Shown here: positions 47,301 to 59,531 of the stretch, piece by piece
How positions within the stretch are numbered: the first letter of the stretch is position 1
Layout: every line of letters begins with the position of its first letter
Source: Xylographa opegraphella
Lineage: Eukaryota
Reading direction: 5' to 3'
Length of the DNA: 64,000 nt
Assembly (NCBI GenBank): GCA_022813865.1
Contig: JALDZX010000018.1
Span: forward strand, 1 to 64,000
Made by a program: the position numbers and the translations under genes
The notes under the pieces: model-generated
What the model saw: the letters and a program-made list of their open reading frames with translations, nothing else
Told to the model about the DNA's origin: nothing
Databases searched by the model: none

Positions 47301-47820
47301 ATCGAAACATGTTTTCAGCACCGGCGATTTCTTCTCATCTGCAGCAAAGGCCTTTCTCCACGCGCCACGCACTCGTTCGCGTACGCCCACTAAGGAAGTA
47401 TTGGGCGACATGACACCTTTCACGCGACATCTCAGTCAAATGCTCTCCGACGCGAACGGAGGCGATACGCCATCCAAGCAGATGGATTTCCTCGGTCTGC
47501 CGCCGCTCGACCACTCGGCAGACGTGAGCAGCACACCCGGTCGCTACTTTCGTTCGGAGGACTTCGATTTCGGCACGATGTGCAGCGACGGGATGGGCAT
47601 GCCCAGCAGTCCTCCGGGAGCATGGTTCGGCGTTTACGAAGACCCACGGGACGGGGGCAGCACCGGCTGGGCGCCGCTGGAATTCGGCAGCAGCCCGCTC
47701 AAACTGGGCGATGCTTTGCCGAAGGCGACAGCTGGAGATGAGCTGGTGACGGTCAAGACGGAAGGCGAGGAGGGGCAGCGGCATAGCTGGACCTGTTGCG
47801 ATGTGACGACGGAACCATAG
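44324..47820 (+). CDS. ams2: Ams2/Spt21-like GATA-type transcription factor
   Basis: N-terminal KVLYTFDDQNKTNCLARW..DYTVYAYDYSE..LVGQG domain. Finger CENCGAIETPTWR...CNPCGLW. Introns 44403-44457 and 46546-46594. Confidence 0.88.
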
Positions 47821-48254
47821 TTGTACGGTGTGATTGGCGAATGGATTGTCTGGACTACACAGTAGTGATTGAATATGATTACCAATTGGCTATGGGATGC
47901 AGCGGATAAACGACGATGCTCGCCACTTGCTAGTCATTCTACCGTTTCAGGTTAGCAGCGAGAAAGCTTCAATGCCCAATGCTTATCACTTGCATGCATG
48001 AATTATAGCGATTGGGCAACGCTACCTACCGTAACTACGTTAAGGTGCATTAGGTACAAACCTCGCATACACAGTACGAGGAGCCGATTCCGATCAATCG
48101 TCTTTCCAACCACGTACTGTCGATCCGAACCCCACCACCGCCACCAGTCCACCCCCTCCTCCAGCCGAGCCGAGCCCCACCATCCCGGCCCCCGCTCCGA
48201 CAAAAACACCCTCGACACGAAACCTGACCGGGCACCCCACACCAACCCTATCTC

Positions 48255-48283
48255 ATCCGATCCGATCCAATCCGATCCAATCC
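48255..48283. repeat. (ATCCR)n pentanucleotide microsatellite, about six units
   Basis: atccg atccg atcca atccg atcca atcc read directly. Confidence 0.85.
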
Positions 48284-49874
48284 TTCTCGTTCCAGCGTTA
48301 CATCACCCCTCCGTCACCCCTCCATTTCCTCTACTCCGTACAGTACCTTCAACCCCATTACCACGCTAGGACACCTTCCTGTACCTTCCTACATCAGCCA
48401 CATGCCTCCCACGGTACCTAAGGTTGGTCAAAAAACTTTTTATCCCCCAAGCCCTCCTTATGCACGTATGACAGTCCACGCTGCAAAAGGCGCCAGCCCC
48501 AATCCCCGGCGCAGCCCCGCCCAGCCCAGGCCCCGGCCAAATAATGCATGTTGCGCCCGTGCCCACCAGGCAATCTACAGTACCTTATCCTACCCTACGG
48601 TAGCCCTCGATCCCATCTGCCGGCGACGTACGCGTCCGCAGGGCGGATCGCCGACGTGCGCGAGCGCGCGAGTTTGAAGCTGGCAAGGGGAGGAGGGCGA
48701 GGGGCGGAGGTACCTCCGTGACAGGGGCGTGGGGCGCGCATGGGTAGAGTGGGGATGGACGGACTAACTCCGTCAGGGGGGTCGTTTGAAGTTTACTTTC
48801 GGGCTGCGGATGACAGGTGGTGGTCTGGTGACTAATTAGTAGTAAGGTGCCTGCTGTGTAAGGTAGGGAAGGAATCCGGCTGGGACGGTTTACCCTTTGG
48901 GGACGTTGCGGCGGGGGAGGGATGGGTGGCAATTTGGCTTTTTGGGTGTAGTGACGGGTGGCGAATTCGGGGAGGGGCGAGTGGAAGGTTGGGATACTGG
49001 TGGTGCAGCACAGGGCTTCCGGAGAAAGTTTGGAGGTGTAGGCATTCTGCCGAGGTGGCAATTTAGGGGAAGGGCAGTTTGAGACGAAATTAGGGATAGG
49101 GAGGGAAAGCGGCTTGGGACGAAAGGACGATTGAAGGGGATAGAAGGACTATACGCGAGCGGAGAGCAGGAAGCCACGGCTGCTGCAACGTTCGTTGTGA
49201 TGAGAGACCTCTATCGTATCCAGACCTCTATCGTAACGACCGATCACACCCACGCTGAAGCGCTCATCCGTTTCCCTGACGACATGCTGTCGTTGAATCG
49301 ATGACTCCTCGAGAACGAGCTACACGCTTGCTCGAGCAATCCAAGGTCGCTGGCCTCGCGCGCCAGGCAATCATCGCTATCATCAGAACTTTTTGTTTGT
49401 GTCAGACCTCGACGTCGTTGCCCGGCAGGCAACCGACGAAGTAGTCATTCTTCATCCTTGCGCTCATGATTCCATGTCGGAGTCATCGTGATGCCGTCAT
49501 TCGCCCGTAGCGCTGAGGCTTCCTCCTCGAGCTCCCTCTTCAAAAGACCACACCGCCGCCCTCGACCTCCTGGGGCTCCGTTTCCCACGACTGACAGACA
49601 TGTGCATGAACGAATGGCATGCAAAGATGGGGCCTAGGAAATGCAGCGAAATGTTACGTGCTGCTGAACAGTAAAAATATCATGCTCGAACAAGAGAAGC
49701 AAAGTGGACAGGCTGGTTGGCAGATCGGAATCCGGTGATGGTGTACTGGAAGCATCAATCTCAACTCGGCCGTTAGATCGTCTCACACATCTGCCATAGT
49801 CGCGCTGAATTCCCGTGTCGGATTCTCGTGCTGGTGTCTTATGGTACCTAGGCTCACATGGTAGGTCGGGGCAA

Positions 49875-51077
49875 TCAATCATTGACGAGACTGACCCGCT
49901 CAGATATGCCCTGGTCACTGGTATCATGTGCCAGCTGACTCGTCAATAGGGCTTCCAATTCATTCTCCGACTTGAAGTGTGCCGTGGGCGTGACCTGCTC
50001 TGCAACCCCGTGGGACTTGGCGATGTCGAAACTTCCTTCTCTCGATCGGCCACGAACGGACGGATGGCTCACACTGGACGCGCGACTGTTGGGTGCGCTC
50101 CCGATCGGACTGGCGGCACTCTCGAACGCTTGATACATGGAACCCGTGGCCGCGATACTGTCGGCCTGCTTGGTCAGGTAGTCGCGAATTTGGACACACC
50201 CACATCCGGTGTGCTTCAGCATCTCTCCCTTCAACCACATGACCTCCTCTTTCAACGAAGTGACCATCATCGCCAATTGGTTCTTGCTGTTCTGCAGTTC
50301 GCGTGCTTTGGCTTCCAGGTTGTTCGTCCATTCTTTCTTCTTTTGCCGACATTTCGATGCGGCGACTCGGTTTCGCTCGAGAAATTTCGATCGCTTCTCT
50401 TCTTCCGGGCTTTGCAGATCGACATTCGAAGCCCTGCCGTTCACTTTAGACTTGGTGGACCTTCTTGACCTCTTCGACGACTTAGGAGTCTCATCATTTG
50501 ATGCGTTTGAGGTCCGCTTTCGCTTCCCACTGTCCTGTGCGTCGAACATCTGATTGTGGTTCCCAGGATGTGCTCTGAATCCTTGCTGGTGCCTTTCCCC
50601 CTCGAACTTGGCAGCCGACTGGTCGTCCGGCGGTGTGACCTGGCCATAGTCGATCCGAGGATTTTGAGAGTAGTTTTGGGTCGTGATGTTGTGCATCGTC
50701 CCTCGGAGAGCATGCTGTGGTTGGAACTCGTTGTACGGCCAATTGAGAGGTGATTGTTTGGCAGATAGTGGTGGCGATGGGCCTTGCTGATGGTACAGGG
50801 GGTTGGGATAATCACTGGTTTTGGAAAAGCCGAAGAGGGGGGTGAACTGCCCATCGGGTATACTCTGGAGGAACATATTGTTGCTGTTGTTGTTCACTTC
50901 TCTCTGCATATCCTGGTGTTGGTGAAGACCGAAAGTGTCTGCGAAGGTCGCGGGGGATTCGCTATGGTTCTGGAACGACTGTTCAAATGGATTGTCAATC
51001 TCGGACGCAATGGCGGCCGTGAAGTAGCCGGGAGTTTTCGAGACGTCAGTCATGTATCCTTGCGTGGCAGTGGCCAT
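49875..51077 (-). CDS. ATF/CREB-family bZIP transcription factor (Atf1/Atf21/AtfB-like)
   Basis: EEKRSKFLERNRVAASKCRQKKKEW, a leucine zipper and H..C.C..I..YL. Intronless CDS. Confidence 0.92.
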   Translation of the reverse strand: MATATQGYMTDVSKTPGYFTAAIASEIDNPFEQSFQNHSESPATFADTFGLHQHQDMQREVNNNSNNMFLQSIPDGQFTPLFGFSKTSDYPNPLYHQQGPSPPLSAKQSPLNWPYNEFQPQHALRGTMHNITTQNYSQNPRIDYGQVTPPDDQSAAKFEGERHQQGFRAHPGNHNQMFDAQDSGKRKRTSNASNDETPKSSKRSRRSTKSKVNGRASNVDLQSPEEEKRSKFLERNRVAASKCRQKKKEWTNNLEAKARELQNSKNQLAMMVTSLKEEVMWLKGEMLKHTGCGCVQIRDYLTKQADSIAATGSMYQAFESAASPIGSAPNSRASSVSHPSVRGRSREGSFDIAKSHGVAEQVTPTAHFKSENELEALLTSQLAHDTSDQGISERVSLVND

Positions 51078-53438
51078 GAGCGGCACTGGATGGAAATGAG
51101 CTTTGCATCGGCCTCTGGGTCTGCAGCACTTCTACCTGTTGTCTGTCTAATAACAGAGACCAAACAGAGCGGAGCGCACGGGGATGGTGTCTTGTAGGCA
51201 CGACTCTGAAGCGCTCAACAATGCGGTTGGTTCTTAAGGTGCGTGAATTGAGTTTGCAACAGTGGCGAATTTGACAGTGCAAGCTGGTTGAAGCAAAAAC
51301 CAAACAAATAGGACTCAATCGACCAAATGCAAAGCTTTGAGACGGGGACGACACAGCGGGATGGTGATGCGGCGGAGGTTGAAGAGATGATGTTGACAAC
51401 GGATGAGTGGCAAATCGGGGGGGGGGGGTTGTTGGTGGGTGGGTGTTCTGGATGGGAATGTGGCACGCGGAATGTGAAGGGAGTCGACGATTGGACCGGA
51501 AGCATCTCCTCAAGGGAAAGAGGGGCGCTCTCTTTTTTCACTTTTTGCGTGGCTTGCTCCTCTTTTTCGCGGTTCGAACGGGAGGAGTGGTGCAGCTTTT
51601 CCTATCTGGTCAAATGGTAAACACGACGGAGAACGCATCCGAGCCAGTGATGTGGCGCAGGGCAGGGATGGTCAGCTCCGCTCGCTTGCGCGGATGGAGG
51701 CTGCTCGCGCCGATTGCCGGGTGAAGGTCCGGAGGCTGCGATACGGCGACCGCGTACGACGCAGGAAGCCTTTGGTATGCCCACTGCGGGGTCGACCCTA
51801 TTGCTTGTGCACACGTCCATTTCCTGTGCAGACCGCAGGCCTCGACGCTTAGGCTGGTTGGTCCGCCGATCGCCAAGACTTCAGCAGGCTAGCACCGAGC
51901 AGGCCTTAGCTCAGTAAAGCGGCCGATGGCATTTGGCACATCTCCATCTGATCTGATGCGTATCATCGTACATGAAGGCGGAGCGGCGAGCGTGGTAAGT
52001 TACTTGGGTGGGCTCAAAGTTTCGCTCTTCGACCCTGGTACATTTGTACCACAGCCAATCACTGGTTTAAGAAGCACGCGAGAGAAGATCGCTAAATGGA
52101 TACCTTACCCAAGCTAAGGTACAGCCATCGCTTGGCTGAAAACCTCGAGGATGCCAACGTACCACAGTCAAACAGCCCTACTGGGATCGCGATGCACAAG
52201 ACAGGCACCTCCACAAGTGCCCAGCGCCACTCGAGTACCCTTATTCTTTTCGCCATGATGGGTGATCTCCAACGTCGGCTTCGCGCAACGGTCTTGGCCA
52301 TCCGTGTCCAGGCCAAGCCCTTCTTCCCAACGCAAGGTACCTTACTCAGAGGTCGTAACCACTCCCCTGTACGACAACACGTCGGTATGGTAGGGAACTC
52401 ACCATCGATGGCCACGGCGAAAGGGCGCAAGCTGGTTCTCCCTTCCAGACCTTCCAGGCTGCCCCTCTCCATACTGCTGAAGATGGATGTTGTGCAGTGT
52501 CGAAGCACACCGCCAGCTCATCAGCTCGGTGCGGATACTGGTTGGTAGCCTCATCACATCGTCAAGTCAAAAATGGTGACCGGGCTTTCGGACCTACACC
52601 AGAAGAGGAGAGGCTACAATTGCTCTGGAGTAGGGAAAGGGAAGACAGTTGCAACATTCAGGAACGACCGTGATCGGCAGCCGTAAAGAGAATAGTAGTA
52701 CTCCTGGGTCCACGTTAGGGTACACAAATCGCCAGAAAGCCTTCTCGCATACCACACGTTGTGCTCACCGTCCCACATCGACTTCCTGTCATCCGCTCAC
52801 CGGATTGACAAGCGTGCTCTCCTCAACTTCAATGGTGCAATCTGCGCAGAGGCCACTGGTGCGATTGCCATGTTACTGGCGGCCGTATGCGATCGTGGTA
52901 GATCGATCGCATAACTCACCACCATTCTGACAATTCCCACCAGGGACATACTCGCGTGAGACACTCGTTAGGCGAACTTCCTTCGACCAGCAACGGCTGT
53001 TACCACGGATTTCGTGCATCTTCGACCTCAGGTAGCCTCGAGGCCCTGCGAAGCCGCGATAGTCCAAGCTACCAGAATGTGATGTTCGGACCAACCGTAT
53101 CCGCTGTCGGCGCTTGCGTATGGACCTCGGTGTCATATCAATCAACTACCTTGGGACCGCCAATACCTGGGATGAGTTTCCTCGAATGACCGTCTATGTC
53201 GGTATCGAGATCACTAATGTAAGAGACCCCCGGCGTACTGGCAAATATCATGGTCAGGGCTTATACTGCACTCGATGCCTAGGAAACTGAGTATGCTCAA
53301 TCAGCAGAACTTGCCCGTATGGAGGCAGAGGAAGACTTCATTCTTTGGACTGGGGACTTCCCTGAGATCCGTCACAGTCGCTGCGATCTCAGCCTCCAGC
53401 CGAGCTCCCGATAGTCAGATACAACGAACAAGGGAGAG

Positions 53439-53570
53439 CTCTACATATGCCATCATCTCTCTACGTGTGGAATTTAGCTCTCTGCATATGCAATTGTCTC
53501 TCTACATATGCCATCATCTCTCTACGTGTGGCATTTATCTCTCTACATCTGAACTGATCGCTCTCCATGC
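53439..53570. repeat. Degenerate 20/21-nt minisatellite (seven units starting CTCT-N-C) with a 61-nt higher-order period
   Basis: Units start at 53439, 53459, 53480, 53500, 53520, 53541 and 53561. Units 1 and 4 are identical; units 2 and 5 differ at two positions. Confidence 0.88.
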
Positions 53571-54407
53571 GTGAGTTGATCAACCGGGTCGTCTCCCATC
53601 AACCAATCGTTGTGCTCGGAATCTTTGTTGCCGAGTAAGGCACTCGATAACGAATCGCCAACCTTGGCGAGCAAGCTGTGGCCAGATATGAGACGAGGAA
53701 CACGATAACGGCGATGCAGACGAAGCCCTTTCCGTTGATCGGCACCGTATGGCATGCCGGGGGTTGACTGCAGCTGTTACGCTACCTAAACCTAGTTGTG
53801 GAGATAACAGAGGTATTGGTGGTGGAGGACTGGTGGAATTAACCGGAGGCGTTGGCCGTAAGGAAGAATGAGAACGGATATTCGTGATTTTCTGCATTCG
53901 TGATAAATACAGATTCTATTGGACCACGCCGCGGGTTCCGATACGCAATCCAATGATTTCCTAGTGTTCGAGTATGAAGAGTAAAAGTGTACACGGTAGT
54001 TCGCCGCAGGCGGATAAAATGATACCGATGCAACTCTTACTGATCAATCGGCTAGGGCTTGGGTTCTGTGCGAACGATACATACCCATCCCAACCTTTTT
54101 ACCATTTCGAACCAATGGGGAAAAAAAACCAAAACATACAACAGCTGGGATTCGCTGGTGGTCACCCACCCAACTACTAATCAGCCGATCTCAAGCTTAT
54201 GTATGCCAGAGCGGACGGGATAGCCAGTTCTCTTGAGTCTATGGTCGTATGTGAATGAAAATCCAGAGAGTTTACTTTATATCTTAGCTTGTTCAATCTC
54301 ATTTGAATGTGCGCACTATTAGTAGCGTCACTCTCGTACCTATTGTCGCAGATCATGTTATTCATTCCATTCATCCTTCGTTCATTCCTGCACGGAAATC
54401 CGCGACC

Positions 54408-54943
54408 ATGGCTACGGAAGCGACCCCACGTATCAACGCTCACTACCTCGAGCAATTCACCAACCAAACCGTCCGCATCGTGGGCAAAGTCCTTGCGCTA
54501 CATGGCGAAACCGCCACGCTGGACGCGAGTGGTTCGATCACCATCCATCTCAATCGCGTACGTACCATGTTCCGCCCGTGCATTCTCTCTTACTCTACTG
54601 TTGTTTATTGAGAAGAGTCGCTGAATCATGAACACTCTCCTCTGCCTCACACTTTCGTGCCTCCGCCATTCTTGCTACTTCACCGCTGATCCGGCTCTAG
54701 GAATCCCACCTGACCGTCAACAATGCGGCAGAGATCATTGGCAAAGTCCAGCAGGACCTGAGTGTCAAGGTACTCCAAGCCACGGATTTCGGGGGCAGCC
54801 TGGGTGGGTGATCTGAGATGTCCTGCTTCGGCGCTTCGAGGAGAAGCTGATCGACGGGAACAGACTATGCGGCCGCAGATGCGGTGGTAGAAGCGACGCA
54901 TCGATACAAGGAGATCTTCTACGAGGGAGGGGGAGAGGGATGA
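54408..54943 (+). CDS. ssb3: Replication protein A 14-kDa subunit (Ssb3/RPA3)
   Basis: TPRINAHYLEQF..TVRIVGKV, EIIGKVQQDLSVKV..TDFG, THRYKEIF. Introns 54558-54700 and about 54803-54863. Confidence 0.92.
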
Positions 54944-56052
54944 AGAGCGCGGTGAGGGCACAGGCGTGGACAGATGGGCAATGGTTCCTGGACAAGAGGA
55001 TTCAGCTGCTGGTGGTAGAAGATCAGTATGCCAGGAGTGCATGGCGAAGAGGCACTGAGCCTTGTTCTTGTACGAAGGTGAAGGAATATGAGTCGCTGCT
55101 TTGAAAGCGTGCGCCTGCGAAAAGCTTGCTGGAGGCTATTTGTTCGCCTTGACCCAGGGACAACGGCAGTCTCATAAGCCTTTACGATAAATGTCATTGG
55201 ACAGGACGTCGATGATGTTAGAATGGAACGGACACAGACGATGGTCATGAAGCAGGCTCATGCGCAGAAGCTAGCTATGATAGTCCTTCAATATGTCTGT
55301 CTGTTGGCTCCGGTCCGATGTCCGGGTTGAAGAACGTCTGATCAAGGCTGCAGAACCAGGTCGCTTTTTCGTTGTGAAATCCAGCCGGCCACAGATTCCA
55401 CGTGACAAAGCTTTTCAATGTGCTGTGCCACACTTTCGCGCTCGAGCCAGCATCGCCTCGCGTATGGGTCGCGCATCCCAAATAATGGCTACTCGAACCG
55501 AGGCCCGATGAATTGGTTACCCGAATAGGCTAGGCGGACATGGACCGCAGTCGACGTCGGCGCAACCGAGATGGCATTTGGGTAAGCAGTGCACAAGGGC
55601 ATACAACTCATGCCGGAGTAGGAACGTGTCCGTATGGATGGAGCTGGGGCCTCATCACCCAGAGACACGCGTCTCAGGATTCCTGGCCTCGGTGATTGAA
55701 CCGTTCGATGCATTTCGAGCAAGTCGGGCACTTTTACTAGTAGCAATTAGACGCGCCTGCACTCTCATGCTGCTTATCCTTGACACCGCAAGGATAGGAG
55801 GGAGCCTTGGGTCAATTTATCTTCGTGGCTGACACCTGGCGGTTGTCACGTATATATGCTCCCAGTCCCTCACGATTCTTCATGCTCCCACGCTTCACCT
55901 TGATGTTCCAAAACGCTCGAATGTCGGCTCAAAGACAGTAGAGAATAATATCTGCTCAACATTGTCTCCTGTCTGCCGTTTTAAGTTGATCATTCATAAT
56001 CCGATCCCTGTATTTTGTGTACAAATCCGAAGCTTTCACGGTACCGAGAGGC

Positions 56053-57394
56053 ATGTCGACTTCTGCTCCTCGTTCCTACTACGTATATGATCCTTCCCAA
56101 GCCGCGGCGATCATCTTTGCAGTCCTTTATACTTTGGCATGTCTTGCTACAATCGTTCAGTGGATCAGGTATCGGGCATGGGTGTGGATTGTGATGGTTG
56201 TCGCCGCTTTGAGTGCGTTGAATTCTAGAGCTGCGAGATATACGACGGTCTTGAGCTGAGATTGAAATCACTGACACTGCATACACCAATAGTGGAGGCA
56301 TTGGGCTACATTGCGCGATCCGCTTCGGCCCACAAACCAGATAGTCGCGGGCTTTACATTGCCCAGTTTTGTCTGATAGTCCTGGCTCCAGTTCTGATGG
56401 CTGCGGCATATTATGTTATATTTGTATGTCTCTTCATATGCCTTCGATATGCTGGAAAGAGTATCTTCAATCGACTTACCATTCTATACGCAGGGCCGCA
56501 TTGTCTACCATGTTGTGCCGGCAGCGGCGAGAACAACAAAGTTCCTATGGGTTCCCCGTAAGCATACACATTCATCCGTGAACGTGGACAACTGTTTCGC
56601 TGACAGTATCATGCTCAGCGCGTTTCGTGACCCCTATCTTCGTCGTCTGTGACATCAGTAAGGACCTGACTCATGTACCGCGAGACTTGACTGACTTCCG
56701 CTCGTTCAGTCGCTTTGCTCACCCAGCTATATGGCGCCGTCATTGTCAGCGGCACTCAAGTTACCGATCCTGACGCGGCATCCAAATTCGCCCATGGCAA
56801 AGAAGTCGTCCTTATCGGTCTCGGTATTCAAGTCGCCTGCTTCGGGCTCTTTAGCATCATTGCGATCCGCTTCCACTTCACCTCGAAACGGTTCGCAGAA
56901 ACCTTTAACCAGAGGATGGGTGGTGTACCCAGGGATCCATACTTTGTCGCAGGTGGCCAGAAACGAAAGTTCAAACGAGATTGGGAGACGCTGCTTTGGG
57001 TGGTGAACGCAGCTTGCGTACTAGTTCTGGTAAAACGCCATGGAGCACTGGTCTCATTGACCCCGGAGTCATCTACGCTTTACTAAAGCGTGGTAACTAG
57101 GTCCGAACTGTCTACCGTATCTGTGACTTCGCGCTTGGGAAAACAGGATACATTGAGGAGAATGAGTGGTGGTATGTTCAACCTTCTCGTAGACGTCTTG
57201 GTTACGACTGACTGCTGACGTCTTTCCCACACAGCGCCTATGTTTTCGATGCCGTGCCTATGCTGCCTTGTATTGCTTTATTCATCTACTACCATCCGGC
57301 CGTCTACTTGCCATATTTGGGCTTCCGCTTGCCCAAGCATGTCCGACAGAACCAGGCGGACTATATGGCGAGCAATGTCGAGATGTCTCGTTGA
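56053..57394 (+). CDS. RTA1-like (Rsb1 family) 7-TM protein
   Basis: YVYDPS, EALGYIAR, LAPVLMAAAYYVIFGR, FVVCDI, GLGIQ, VRTVYR, EW..YVFDAVPM, HP. Six introns. Confidence 0.9.
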
Positions 57395-58060
57395 TATTTG
57401 GGTTTCGTGAGATACGACATCTGTAATTATCGCGTCGGGTTGCCGGGGGGTATATGATACAATATCGTTATAGAGGTTGAGACTTCTCCGTATTTAAACA
57501 GGCTAGGCTGATGGGTGTCGAGGCTCTCTTATGGGACCCGTTGATGGAAGTACTACCCCCTACTATCTCTCCCCCAATGGGTGTTGCGACTTGTCTACCG
57601 AGTTCGCGGCCCAGAGAGTCCGCGAAGATTCTGATTTCGGAGGTGTAAATTTTCTCAAACATATATTTCGCGGCTGTTGCTACGGTGTCTGCTTTCGTGA
57701 ACGTGATCGAACTCCTATGCCTTCCCCCTGCGCCACCATTTCACACACATCTTCCATTCCTGTCCACTCCGTCGTCTGATTTTGAGTTACTTTGCCTTTT
57801 GCCCTCGAGCAGCTTAGAGCATATGAGGATTCGGACGTTCAAGCACTGTGAAGATGGTAGGTGCACAAGTGATCAAGCAACGATGGAAACATTTCGACGG
57901 CGATGAGAGACAGCGCAACAGTGCTCAGCGACGATATATGCCTTTCAAGATAAACAGACCTTGACAGCGCAAGCCGCTAGAGTACAACAAGTCTATCTAC
58001 CGATCCACCAAACAAATCTTCTTTCCCAAGACCTAACAACCTCCCATGCCCCAATGGTGC

Positions 58061-59113
58061 TCAACTCCCTCTACCTGCAGCATCTCCCGCCCTACCACCG
58101 CCACCTCCACTGGCTCCCCCATCCCCGCCGGCCACAGACCCGCTCGCCCCGGAATCCCCACTCCCATCTCCATCTCCATCCCCACCCCTTCCCCTCCTCC
58201 CCTCCCTCATCCTCTCCCCCTCCGCCCTCGCCCCCCCCAAAACCCACCCCACCTCCCGCCAAAACCCCCTCCCCTCCCTCCCTTCCCGCCCCTTCGTCTC
58301 ATTCGCCTCCGCGATCCGCGCTCTCTCACGCGCCCTCCACGCACGGTACTTCCCCGCTGTGGGTGGGGCTCCCATGCCGCCCGCCAGATACCACGCCAGA
58401 GACGGAAGGCGCTGCGCGTCGGGAAGCCGGATGCGGGGTCCGTTATTGCCGCCACCACCGCCGCCGCGGATTGAGAGGTGTGGTGGTGCATTGGAGCGGC
58501 CTTGGGGGTGGGGACGACGCTCGGGTGGAGGGCGAGGCGGGGTGCGGGGAGTTGTGGCTGCGCGGCCCGTTTGGTGTGCAGGCTGGCTGTCGCGCTGGGC
58601 AGCGACGATCTCGGCCCACAGATGGGATCTGGCGCTCCAGAAGTGGTGGTCTGCGTCGGAGGCGTGCTCGTGCGTGTGCTCCTGCTCGTGCTCGTCCTCG
58701 TCCTCGTCGGTGAGGAGTTCGGGGTACAGCCGGCTGTCGAGGGCGCGGGGCTGGCCGCAGCCGGTGAAGACCGGGGGTGGGAAGGAGTGGTACAGGCTGT
58801 CGAAGGAGGTGCGTCTGCGGCGGGGGAAACGGGTTGTGCAGGACGCGGGTGGTGGTGGAGGTGGTGGTGGGGATGGGGGAGTGGTCGGTTTGCGGCGCTT
58901 GCGGTACGGGAGACAGAGGAGGTCGAGGACTTGGTGGGGAAGGGGGCGCTTAGGGGATGGGGGGGTGGAAGAAGGGAGGGATGGAGATAGCGCGAGGACA
59001 GGGGGAGGTTGAGTTGGAGGTTGGTCGTTGATGGTGGGGAGGAGTGGAGAGTGTTCGGTGGTTGGAGAAGCTGGTTCTGTCTGCTCGGCGATGGAGCGTA
59101 GAGGTGGAGGCAT
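58061..59113 (-). CDS. Low-complexity Pro/Arg/Gly-rich hypothetical protein (about 350 aa)
   Basis: Long ORF with non-repetitive islands TEHSPLL, LSIRGG and WYLAGG.GAPPT. The region is very GC-rich, so ORF length alone is weak evidence. Confidence 0.55.
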   Translation of the reverse strand: MPPPLRSIAEQTEPASPTTEHSPLLPTINDQPPTQPPPVLALSPSLPSSTPPSPKRPLPHQVLDLLCLPYRKRRKPTTPPSPPPPPPPPASCTTRFPRRRRTSFDSLYHSFPPPVFTGCGQPRALDSRLYPELLTDEDEDEHEQEHTHEHASDADHHFWSARSHLWAEIVAAQRDSQPAHQTGRAATTPRTPPRPPPERRPHPQGRSNAPPHLSIRGGGGGGNNGPRIRLPDAQRLPSLAWYLAGGMGAPPTAGKYRAWRARERARIAEANETKGREGREGRGFWREVGWVLGGARAEGERMREGRRGRGGDGDGDGSGDSGASGSVAGGDGGASGGGGGRAGDAAGRGS

Positions 59114-59531
59114 CTTTGCTGACGTCCTCACGCTGTAGATGGAGCCTCGAAGTTGTGAACAGAGTCTAACAGAGGTGGACAGGGCGATTATTCTCAGGGT
59201 AGATGCGATTCCCGAGGTTACCAAGGCAGAGCAACTACCCATGGAAGTGTGAACAGAGTAAGTAGCGCACTGGGGGTTCCTGGTCTGTACAGATTAAAGA
59301 TTATCCACCGGTTGTGATAGACAGGCCAGCTTCGGGATGCTTAATGAAGAGAATCCGGAAGGGCAAGATGAACATGAACAATAGTACATGAGACCAAGAA
59401 GATTCATAGAGTAATTTTCAGAGGCACGAGTCGTGTCATATGGTTCAAATAATGAATCTTTCGGCATGACTCCAATAGACCTAACGAAATGTTTGGTCAA
59501 TATCCTCATTGCTCATATTTATTGCTTTCGG

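Noticed and set aside
52092..52548. 150-aa and 138-aa opposing ORFs
   Set aside because: Random-like composition and no domain signal.
53439..53570. CRISPR-like repeat/spacer appearance
   Set aside because: The constant part is only about 6 nt, the tails are related to each other and duplicated, there are no cas genes, and the context is eukaryotic.
58046..59012. Multiple long plus-strand ORFs
   Set aside because: Explained by stop-codon scarcity in very GC-rich low-complexity DNA antisense to the more plausible ORF.
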